A program made the position numbers and the translations under genes. The notes beneath the pieces were generated by a model. That model searched no databases. It worked only from the letters and a program-made list of their open reading frames with translations, and was not told where the DNA came from. This document shows positions 40,001 through 47,907 of a stretch of 64,000 nucleotides of DNA, one piece after another. This DNA comes from Ktedonobacterales bacterium (GTDB lineage Bacteria; Chloroflexota; Ktedonobacteria; Ktedonobacterales; DATBGS01). How positions within the stretch are numbered: the stretch's first letter is position 1; each line of letters opens with the position of its first letter. The DNA is taken from contig DATBHW010000042.1 of NCBI GenBank assembly GCA_036557285.1, forward strand, positions 59,412 to 123,411, in the 5' to 3' direction.

Positions 40001-41236
40001 ATGGTGAAAAAAGCTTCCGGCACGATCTACCCACTTTCCGCCCTCAGAGCGATGGTGCTGCATACCCAGCTCCTCACGATGCCCAATGGGGCATCGCCTG
40101 CCCCCACTCCCGACAACATCGTCGATCTGGTGACGGCGCTCGGCTATGTGCAGATTGATACGCTGCATGTGGTCAACCGCGCTCATTACATCACGCTGTG
40201 GGCGCGCTTCGGATCGTATGGCATTGGCAACCTCCACAAGTTGATCTACACCGCCGAGCAGCGCAGACTCTACGAAGGGTGGGGCCATGCCGCCAGCATC
40301 ATCTCGCTGGAACATTATCGCTACCATAGGTGGCGGATCAGTTCCAGCCATAGCGAGTGGCTGAACAAAAATGGCAACCGCGATCTGGCCGCTCAGACAT
40401 TGGAGCGCATCCGTTCGGAGGGTGGGCTGCGCGTTGCGGATTTCGAGTATAACGGTCCGCAGCGCGGAGCGTGGTATGACTGGAAGCCCCCGAAGATGGC
40501 GCTGGAGGTGTTGTTCGCCTATGGTGATCTGATGGTGGCAGATCGGGTGAACTTCCAGCGCGTGTACGATGTCAAAGAACGTGTCCTGCCGGAGTGGGTT
40601 GATACCACGCCTGTCGCCCCCGACGAAGCGCGCCGCTTCTGTCTGGAGCAGGCGGCGAAGGCGCTGGGTGTGTTCGAGCCGCGTCACCTTACCTGGTACG
40701 CTCACATGATGGCTACGCCTGCCAGATCAATTGTCAGGACGCTCATCGAGGAAGGCGTGCTGGTCGGGATTCAGGGTGAGTCAATAAACGGCGTCAAAAC
40801 GTGGATGGTGCATCACGACAACCTGCCGCTGCTTCAGCGTGCTGCCGAGGGCGATCTCAAAGCGGAGCGCACCACCTTTCTCGCCCCCTTCGATTCCCTG
40901 TTCTGGGCGTGGGAACGGGATCAAAGGCTGTGGGGCTTCAAGCAGGTGCTGGAATGCTACAAGCCTGCTACGGATCGTGTCTATGGGTACTTCTGCTTCC
41001 CGATCCTGCACAAGAATCGGCTGGTGGGGCGCTTCGATCCGAAGCTGGATCGCAAATCGGGGGTGCTGCATTTGAATGCCCTCTACCTTGAGCCGGGCAT
41101 CGAGCTGGATGATGAGCTTGTCGCCGGGGTCGCCACCGCCATGCGCGACTTCCTCTCGTGGCATGGCGCGAAGGGTCTCAAGATTGAGAAGAGCGATCCG
41201 CCAGCGTTCGGGGAAAAACTGATGAGCGCCCTGTAG
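40001..41236 (+). CDS. YcaQ-family winged-helix crosslink-repair DNA glycosylase (Q-x-D type)
   Basis: LGYVQIDTLHVVNRAHYITLWARF contains the Q-I-D catalytic pattern reported for YcaQ. Also VYGYFCFPILHKNRLVGRFDPKLDR. Confidence 0.85.
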   Translation: MVKKASGTIYPLSALRAMVLHTQLLTMPNGASPAPTPDNIVDLVTALGYVQIDTLHVVNRAHYITLWARFGSYGIGNLHKLIYTAEQRRLYEGWGHAASIISLEHYRYHRWRISSSHSEWLNKNGNRDLAAQTLERIRSEGGLRVADFEYNGPQRGAWYDWKPPKMALEVLFAYGDLMVADRVNFQRVYDVKERVLPEWVDTTPVAPDEARRFCLEQAAKALGVFEPRHLTWYAHMMATPARSIVRTLIEEGVLVGIQGESINGVKTWMVHHDNLPLLQRAAEGDLKAERTTFLAPFDSLFWAWERDQRLWGFKQVLECYKPATDRVYGYFCFPILHKNRLVGRFDPKLDRKSGVLHLNALYLEPGIELDDELVAGVATAMRDFLSWHGAKGLKIEKSDPPAFGEKLMSAL

Positions 41237-41307
41237 AAGTGATGTGTGGTTCGGGCATAATAACTACAGGCTCCGTTGTAGGCACGATAGTGCGATGAGA
41301 GCTATCT

Positions 41308-42012
41308 CTATGATAAGTGACTGTTCGGGGCGACCTGGCTCGCAACCTCCTGCATCCAGGGATAATGTTCGCGCAAATGCTTGGTCATGCGCCGGAGCGT
41401 CTTGGCTGCGGTCCACTCGGCTTCCCCCTGGATGTAGATACGAGCGCGTTGGAAAGGCGTCAGTCCACGCAGCACAGTCTCGTAGGTTCTCCCATTCTCG
41501 ATCAGCCTGAGGGAAAGCTCTTCCTCGGGAACAGGCAGCAGTGCTTCCGGCGCCTGCTCGGAGAGACAGCCGACATAGTGCGCCTCAGCTTTGAGTATAT
41601 GCTCAAGGTGGTCCGTCAGCGACCATTCACCAGGCTTGGGCGCGCAGTTTCTTTGAGCAGGCACAACCACGTTGTACAGGTGGGCGAGCAGGGCACGGGC
41701 AATTGCGGCGACCTGTAAGGCGGTCTCCATCTCCTGATCGGTTGGCGCGGGCAGGTCGGATTCGAACCGTGGTCCAGCCGGGTTCGCACGCAGGATTTCC
41801 TTGACTACGACATTTCTCAAGGAGACAGCCCCTTCAAGGAAGCAGAGTTGGTTCTGCTTTAACCAGCGGGCATAGTCTGCGATGGCTTCTGGCGCTTGCT
41901 GAATCGCCTCCTGGGTCGTTGCTGCGCTGACGAAACAACCAGGTAATTCACGAAAGAAAACGATGCTCTCGTCGGGGTCTGACCATTCTTCAATCAAGGC
42001 ATAAAAATCCAT
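41308..42012 (-). CDS. HicB-like (UPF0150) N-terminal domain fused to a DinB-like domain
   Basis: MDFYALIEEW..FFRELPGCFVSAATTQEAIQQAPEAIADYARWL, then LTDHLEHILKAEAHY..MTKHLREHYPWM. No hicA-like gene is adjacent. Confidence 0.6.
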   Translation of the reverse strand: MDFYALIEEWSDPDESIVFFRELPGCFVSAATTQEAIQQAPEAIADYARWLKQNQLCFLEGAVSLRNVVVKEILRANPAGPRFESDLPAPTDQEMETALQVAAIARALLAHLYNVVVPAQRNCAPKPGEWSLTDHLEHILKAEAHYVGCLSEQAPEALLPVPEEELSLRLIENGRTYETVLRGLTPFQRARIYIQGEAEWTAAKTLRRMTKHLREHYPWMQEVASQVAPNSHLS

Positions 42013-42154
42013 CGGTTTCCTTCCCTCTTCGTTTCAGACTCTCAATCAGGAGACCATCCGATCCTCAATGCGGGGAACCGCCCTTTCTCTTTTTGCAGCT
42101 GAGAAGGCGCAGGACAAGCGGAAATGCTCCTCTTCTCCTATAGGCGTCGAAGTA

Positions 42155-42907
42155 TTATTCATAATATTCCGGCGCGTGCCGCAGCGTTGCCCACTGCCCC
42201 GGATCATGGCCGAAGATCACTTTTGCGCCCGTCTCCTGCGCAAGCTGCCGCAGCCGGTTCATACTCTGGCGCGCGTCCTCTTTATTGGCGCAGGCTCCCA
42301 GCGCGTCTCTCAGCCAGAGCGCCTCTGTATACACCGCATCCACCGTCAGCAGCAGCGGCCCGCTTTCCGGCAGCCGCACCAGGAGCGAGTGATGGCCCGG
42401 CGTATGCCCAGGCGTTGCCAGCAGCCGCACATTCGGAGCCAACTCGTAATCGCCGCCAAACGTCTGAAACTGCACGCCTGGCCCCTCGAAAACCGGCAGA
42501 TAGCCTTCAGAAGTGCGCGCGGTCTCCAATTCCCGCGCATCAACCAGGATGGGGCGATGGGTTATATGCTGATTGCCGCCGCAGTGATCGAAGTGCAGAT
42601 GGCTGTTGACCACCATATCCAGATCGCCTGGCTTCAGACCAAGCAGCGCCAGTTGCCCAGGGATGGTTTGATGCTGGCCCATATCGGGAGCCATCTCTGG
42701 CGGGTTTGCCTCGCCTTCATCGGCCAACGCGCGCGGGTTGTCCACGCAATAATCCGGCAGCCCGGTATCAATGAGAATATGCTTCCCATCCACTTCCAGC
42801 AGCATTGCCGGAACTGGCAGCCGGAGACGATCCCCTTTTGGGGAACCCGGCATGATAACACTTGTCTCCAGATCAAGCGAACCGCAGTGCAGAAAGTAGA
42901 GGCGCAT
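42155..42907 (-). CDS. MBL-fold N-acyl-homoserine-lactonase-like hydrolase
   Basis: HLHFDHCGGN (HxHxDH), TPGHTPGH and FGHD. GGAGG RBS. Confidence 0.8.
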   Translation of the reverse strand: MRLYFLHCGSLDLETSVIMPGSPKGDRLRLPVPAMLLEVDGKHILIDTGLPDYCVDNPRALADEGEANPPEMAPDMGQHQTIPGQLALLGLKPGDLDMVVNSHLHFDHCGGNQHITHRPILVDARELETARTSEGYLPVFEGPGVQFQTFGGDYELAPNVRLLATPGHTPGHHSLLVRLPESGPLLLTVDAVYTEALWLRDALGACANKEDARQSMNRLRQLAQETGAKVIFGHDPGQWATLRHAPEYYE

Positions 42908-42920
42908 ACTTTTCCTCCCT

Positions 42921-43027
42921 CTAAGAATGCCTCACACAACCGACGGGTGGCCCCACCCCTGCCGCCTGGAAGGACGGCGCTCCAACCCCGCCCCTGCTCG
43001 TGCGGAGGGTGTGTGAGGCGCTCTAAG
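42921..43027. repeat. 107-bp MITE-like element, copy 2 (inverted)
   Basis: CTAAGAATGCCTCACACAACC...GGTGTGTGAGGCGCTCTAAG. It lies 14 nt upstream of the lactonase start codon. Confidence 0.85.
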
Positions 43028-43080
43028 AAGGGCCGCTTGCCTCGGCCCGGCAAGCTTTCAGAAACGGCAAGCGAGCGCGA

Positions 43081-43998
43081 TCAGCGATAGTGACGGCGCA
43101 ACTCGGAGGCATATTTCGCCCCCACTTCATCCGCGTGCGCCGCCAACCAATCGCTCAGGCGCGTCGGCGCAGTTGGAGGCTGGGCAGAAATGAGCAGATT
43201 CGCCATCAGCCCCCTGATCTCATCGCGTGTCAAAATCACATCGCCCAGCAGCAAACCCATCACTTTGCTGATCGCCAGCATCAGCCCAGGGCTGATGTAC
43301 ACGAGCCTGGCCTTGCGATGCAATGTTCGCGCCACCAGGCGCACCAGATCATCAAAGCGATAGGTCTCCGGGCCAACAGCGTCCATCAGCACCGGTTCTT
43401 GCTGCTCGCCAACCTTCACCATCAGATCAGCCAGGTCTTCTACGTAAATAGGCTGAAGCTGATAATCGCCTGCCCCCATAATAGCAAACAGTGGGAAACG
43501 TCGCACCAGCCAGGCGATATTGTTGATCAAAATCCCCTCCGGCCCAAACAGCACCGTTGGCCGCAGAATCGCGTAGGACAGCCCCGACTCCATCAGCGCG
43601 CGCTCCAGCCCGGCCTTGCCCTTGAAATAGGGCAGGGAAGAATCCTCTGAAGGATTGGAGATGCTGATATAGACCACGCGGCGCACGCCAGCCTCTTTGG
43701 CCGCCCGAAAGAGCGTCCAGGTATTCTCGACAGCGCGATCAAACGTCATCGGCCCATGCGCAAAACGAATCCAGTAGCTGATATAAAACGTGCTGGCCCC
43801 TTCCAGGCTTTTCACCAGCGCGCCAAAGTCATCAAAGTGATAGGGGAACGAGGTCACCTGATCGCCAAACGGGTTGGGGCTATGGGGGTGGCCGGTCAGC
43901 GTGCGAACCCGCTTGCCCTTTGCCAGCAGGCGTTCTGTCAGATATTTGCCGGTGAAGCTAAACGCTCCGGTTACGACGTTTATTTCAGGATCAGCCAT
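43081..43998 (-). CDS. NAD(P)-binding SDR/NmrA-like oxidoreductase
   Basis: INVVTGAFSFTGKYLTERLL Rossmann motif. GGGAGG precedes the ATG at 43998. Confidence 0.75.
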   Translation of the reverse strand: MADPEINVVTGAFSFTGKYLTERLLAKGKRVRTLTGHPHSPNPFGDQVTSFPYHFDDFGALVKSLEGASTFYISYWIRFAHGPMTFDRAVENTWTLFRAAKEAGVRRVVYISISNPSEDSSLPYFKGKAGLERALMESGLSYAILRPTVLFGPEGILINNIAWLVRRFPLFAIMGAGDYQLQPIYVEDLADLMVKVGEQQEPVLMDAVGPETYRFDDLVRLVARTLHRKARLVYISPGLMLAISKVMGLLLGDVILTRDEIRGLMANLLISAQPPTAPTRLSDWLAAHADEVGAKYASELRRHYR

Positions 43999-44074
43999 CA
44001 ATGCGCCTCCCAAAAAAAATTCGCCTTTTAGTCTGTGTCGCCTGCGTGCAGCGCCGACGTCAGAGGCGGCGTTG

Positions 44075-44788
44075 CTAATCTGCCAGCCGTACTAATCCAG
44101 CGTCGCGCAGATGGCAGATGTCATTCAGCCCCAGCAGCACACGCATGCCATCCTTCACACGCACCACATTCACCGAGGTATTAACCACCGGGAAAAAGAA
44201 ATCGCGCTCCAGCCCCAGTGTCACAGCGAGGTAGGTGTTAATCACACCGCCATGCGAAAAGACAGCGAGGCGCTGCCCCACGTGGCGCGCCGCCAGGCCA
44301 TCAATCGCCGCCAGCACCCGCGCGCGGAACTCACTGCCCGGCTCGCTCCCCGGAATCGAAGACCAGTAGCCAGAGCGCGCCACCATGCGCACAATTGTAT
44401 TCAACCGCTCGCGCAGAGCAGCCGCGTAGGCATCCGGCGACACCCCTTGAGGCAACCCATCTCCAATCTTGCCCAGGCGAATCTCGCGCACCTCCGGCTC
44501 AATCCCTACCTCCAGACCCTGCGCCCGCGCCAGCGCCTCGGCGGTTTCGCGCGCCCGGCGATAAGGGCTGCTGTAGATCGCATCGAAGGGCGTCTCCTTC
44601 AGCCGGGCAGCCAGCGCCTCAGCCTGCTGCCGACCAAGGCTGCTTAGCGGCTGCTCGTCATACGTCCCCCCCGGCACAATCTCGTCGCCCGCTGGCAAGG
44701 CGTCCCCATGACGAATCAGAAAGATTTCAGTCGCCCCATACTTACGACTCAAAAATGGCTGCTCAATCGGCGTTTCAGCACTGCTCAA
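44075..44788 (-). CDS. Histidine phosphatase (phosphoglycerate-mutase-like) family protein
   Basis: EIFLIRHGDA (RHG motif), SSPYRRARETA and VFSHGGVI. Confidence 0.85.
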   Translation of the reverse strand: MSSAETPIEQPFLSRKYGATEIFLIRHGDALPAGDEIVPGGTYDEQPLSSLGRQQAEALAARLKETPFDAIYSSPYRRARETAEALARAQGLEVGIEPEVREIRLGKIGDGLPQGVSPDAYAAALRERLNTIVRMVARSGYWSSIPGSEPGSEFRARVLAAIDGLAARHVGQRLAVFSHGGVINTYLAVTLGLERDFFFPVVNTSVNVVRVKDGMRVLLGLNDICHLRDAGLVRLAD

Positions 44789-44888
44789 ACGTTATCGCTC
44801 CTTTTAGCGTCAGGGATAGATTAGCGTCAGGATTTCAGCAGATTCATCCTAGATGATAGCAACAGACGAGCGCCCAGATCAACCGCGC

Positions 44889-46088
44889 TCAAACCTCCTC
44901 TGCTGTACCAAGCACAAACTTGAGATAGCGGCCCTCCGGGAAATGCGCCGGAACAGGATGATCGAGCGGCTGCCCCGCTTCGTGCAAAATCAGGAAGCGC
45001 CTGCCCAGGCTGGCCGCCGCCTGGCTCAGCGTCTCCTTGAACATATCAGGCGATACGTAACTCGTGCAGCTTGCCGCCGCCAGCAGCCCCCCTGGCCGCA
45101 CGCAGCGCAGCGCCAACTGATGCAGGCGGATATAGCCGCGCAATGCCGCGTGCAGATGCTTCTTGCTGTGCGCGAAGCTCGGCGGGTCCAGAATCACCAG
45201 ATCAAACAGCCGCCCCTCGCGGGCAAAGCGCGCCAGCAGGGCAAAGCAATCCTCTACCAGAAACTCGTAGCTGTCGGGATCAAAGCCATTAAGGGCAAAG
45301 TTGGCCGCTGCTTCGCTGGCGCTGGCCGAGGCAACATCGCAGCTCGTGATGGCGCTTGCCCCGCCGCGCGCCGCGTACAGCGAAAACGCGCCGGTATACG
45401 AGAAGCAGTTCAACACCGTTCGCCCCGCGCACCAGCCTTCTAAAAAGCGTCGGTTCTCACGATGGTCCAGAAAGAGGCCCGTCTTCTGCCCAACAAACAG
45501 GTTGGCATGGAAGCGCAGCCCATGCTCCTCAACGATCAGATCGCGTGGGGGCAGCGCGCCCCACAGCCGCTCGATCTTGCCCACTGCTTCTGGCTCATCC
45601 TCCGCGCTTGCACCTGCGGCGGCAGGCGCTTTCCTCCGCAGCACAATCCCCCGCAGCGGAGCCGCCGCTCGCAGCCCATCGGTCAGCCAGGGCAGCAGCG
45701 CCTCCGCGCTCTCACAATAGGTATGCAGGGCCGCGAACGCGCCATACAGATCAACCGTCACGCCGGGCAGCCCATCGGCCTCGCCAAATATCCAGCGATA
45801 GGCGCTGATTCGCTGCTCGCGCAGCGGCGCGCGCAGTTCCCAGGCGCGCTGCACCCGCCCGCGCAGCCACGCAGCATCAGGCACTTGGCGCGGCGAAAAA
45901 AGGCGCAGCGCAATCTGGCTTCTGGCATCCCAGAGGCCATAGGCGCTGAAGCCCCCGCAGCGCACGCGCACCCACGCGCCAGAAGGCAGCGAGGGAGGCG
46001 CGTCAATCTGATTGCGATACACCCAGGGGTGGCCCGCTGCCAGCCGGGGCTTCAGCGCCGAAGGTAAGGTTATTTCAGGAAGTTTCAT
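44889..46088 (-). CDS. Class I SAM-dependent rRNA methyltransferase (RlmI-like, PUA domain)
   Basis: GHPWVYRNQI, NCFSYTGAFS and LDPPSFAHSKK. Confidence 0.8.
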   Translation of the reverse strand: MKLPEITLPSALKPRLAAGHPWVYRNQIDAPPSLPSGAWVRVRCGGFSAYGLWDARSQIALRLFSPRQVPDAAWLRGRVQRAWELRAPLREQRISAYRWIFGEADGLPGVTVDLYGAFAALHTYCESAEALLPWLTDGLRAAAPLRGIVLRRKAPAAAGASAEDEPEAVGKIERLWGALPPRDLIVEEHGLRFHANLFVGQKTGLFLDHRENRRFLEGWCAGRTVLNCFSYTGAFSLYAARGGASAITSCDVASASASEAAANFALNGFDPDSYEFLVEDCFALLARFAREGRLFDLVILDPPSFAHSKKHLHAALRGYIRLHQLALRCVRPGGLLAAASCTSYVSPDMFKETLSQAAASLGRRFLILHEAGQPLDHPVPAHFPEGRYLKFVLGTAEEV

Positions 46089-47052
46089 GGCTCCCCAAAA
46101 AGGCTATTAACATCTCGTTAAACTGATCAGTCGCCTCTAAATAGGGATGATGCCCGCACTGAGCATACACCTCCAGCCGCGCGTCGGCGCGCAGCGCCCG
46201 CAGCGTCTCCGAATCCTGCGTTGGTACCGTCCTATCCTCTTCGCCCCAGATCGCCAGTGTCGGCAGCTTCAGTTCCGCGTAATCTTTGCGCACCCGCTGA
46301 TCGGTCCCGCCGATCAAACCCACAACGGCGCGGCCCGTTCGCACCAGACCCCGCACCATGTTTTGCTGCTGAAACAGCAGATGCGCGCTATCGGCCCAGG
46401 CCAGCGCGCCCTCCGGGCTGGCCCGTCCGGCGAAGCGCCAGTTGGCGCGTTCGATCAGCTCCTCTCGCGTAGGTGGCTGAAAGCGATAGCGAGCAAGCGC
46501 AGCCGAGAAGCCGGATGGCGTCAAAACACGGCGCCAGGGCAGCTTCACTCCCTCTGGCCTGGGGCGGCGAAAGCGCAAACCGGCGACAATCAGGGCCATT
46601 CCTGGGAGAGTCGCAAGGCGCATCAGGCGCACATCGCGCTTCGCTCCAAAACCCAGCGGCGCCACCAACACCAGCTTTGCCACGCGCTCCGGGCAGCGGC
46701 GCGCCAGCCGCACCGCAACCGCGCCGCCCATCGAATGCCCCACTACAAAAGTCTGCTGCATGCCCAGGCTATCCATCAGGCCGATCAATTGGTCCACCCA
46801 GCGGTCCAGGCTATAGCGCCCATGCGGCTTTGCCGAGCGGCCCATGCCCCATAATTCAGGCGCAACCACGCGAAAGCCCGCCTGCTCCAGCGGCCCAATA
46901 TTCAGCGTAAAATTACGCGCCGTCCCCCCAAACCCATGCACGAACAAGACCGGCTGGCCGTCCAGCGGCCCGGCCTCAAAATAAAACGTCGCCCGATCTT
47001 GCTCCCCCAGCAGCCGACCAGGAAACGCCTCTGATGGCAACGAAGCGGTCAT
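46075..47052 (-). CDS. Alpha/beta-fold hydrolase
   Basis: VLFVHGFGG, VGHSMGG nucleophile elbow, and C-terminal CGHHPYLE. 14-bp overlap with the downstream gene. Confidence 0.8.
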   Translation of the reverse strand: MTASLPSEAFPGRLLGEQDRATFYFEAGPLDGQPVLFVHGFGGTARNFTLNIGPLEQAGFRVVAPELWGMGRSAKPHGRYSLDRWVDQLIGLMDSLGMQQTFVVGHSMGGAVAVRLARRCPERVAKLVLVAPLGFGAKRDVRLMRLATLPGMALIVAGLRFRRPRPEGVKLPWRRVLTPSGFSAALARYRFQPPTREELIERANWRFAGRASPEGALAWADSAHLLFQQQNMVRGLVRTGRAVVGLIGGTDQRVRKDYAELKLPTLAIWGEEDRTVPTQDSETLRALRADARLEVYAQCGHHPYLEATDQFNEMLIAFLGSHETS

Positions 47053-47269
47053 ACCTCATCCTCACTTTGGCTGTTTCATGCCCCTATTCTAACATTGCTC
47101 CTTCCCTTTCGCCACCCCCGTTTTAGTCGGTCCCTGGCGGCGCTCCAACGCGCGGTGCGTTTCTTTGTGTACTACTACAATCACCGCCAACGCCTGTATC
47201 TGTCCCATCCAGCCTATTGCGGACGCTTGCCTCTACTTAATTAGCCACTCCCAAGCTTCGAGAAGCCCC

Positions 47270-47298
47270 TTGACGGCCTGATAGTGATATGCTAGGAT
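47270..47298 (+). promoter_or_regulatory. Candidate sigma-70 promoter
   Basis: TTGACG (47270-47275), 17-nt spacer, TAGGAT (47293-47298). Confidence 0.45.
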
Positions 47299-47367
47299 GC
47301 TGGCACCGAATAAGGGTTGAGGGTTGGTCGGCAAGGATTGAGTCTGGAGGGGCAAGAGGAGAAAACA

Positions 47368-47802
47368 ATGCCGCGTGCTGGTTCGGCTTTTCGTCTCACA
47401 GAGCGACAATTCGCGCGACTTCAGGCCATCATCCAGTCAGAATATGCCGCCTTTGGCTGGCAATTGCCACTCTCGCAATTGGATATACTTGCCACCAGCG
47501 TGGCCCGCACCTGCGCGGGCATGAATGGATACTACAGCGAAGCCGGCGCCCGCCGGGTAGCGCGCACCTGGGCATGGCTGCGCGCGGATGTCTTCCCTGG
47601 CGACCCCCTTATTGCCTACACACAAGCCGTCATCGAGCGCGAGCGCCGCACCTGGAAACTCTCCGCGCTTGCCACCCATGATATGCGCCGCATGGCCCTG
47701 GATTCACTCTACTTTACTTATATCCATAAAGGCAGCTATTCCCTGAACGATGTCTGGGAAAATGCCCGAGCCTTCGCGCGCGGCGTCACGCCTGGCCGCT
47801 AG
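47368..47802 (+). CDS. Hypothetical protein
   Basis: AGAGGAG precedes the ATG at 47368 (MPRAGSAFRLTERQFARLQAIIQ...). No family recognised. Confidence 0.5.
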   Translation: MPRAGSAFRLTERQFARLQAIIQSEYAAFGWQLPLSQLDILATSVARTCAGMNGYYSEAGARRVARTWAWLRADVFPGDPLIAYTQAVIERERRTWKLSALATHDMRRMALDSLYFTYIHKGSYSLNDVWENARAFARGVTPGR

Positions 47803-47812
47803 AAGTAGGATA

Positions 47813-47870
47813 CCAGTTGCAGCGCCACCTTTCAGGCGATTTGCTACCTGAAAGGTGGCGCTGCAACTGG
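47813..47870. repeat. Perfect 24-bp inverted repeat (REP-variant hairpin) between convergent genes
   Basis: CCAGTTGCAGCGCCACCTTTCAGG, 10-nt loop, CCTGAAAGGTGGCGCTGCAACTGG. No flanking T-tract, so it is not a canonical intrinsic terminator. Confidence 0.85.
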
Positions 47871-47907
47871 TGAGCGCGCTGCCCATGCCGCATGCAGATT
47901 TACAGAA

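Noticed and set aside
39875-40705. 276-aa minus-strand ORF.
   Set aside because: It is antisense to the YcaQ-family gene and has no recognisable motifs.
41750-41790. tRNA-like T-arm string (GGATTCGAACC).
   Set aside because: It lies inside the HicB-DinB coding frame. No acceptor or anticodon stems can be drawn around it.
42068-43090. 340-aa plus-strand ORF.
   Set aside because: It is antisense to the MBL-fold lactonase and reads straight through the MITE copy. No motif is recognisable.
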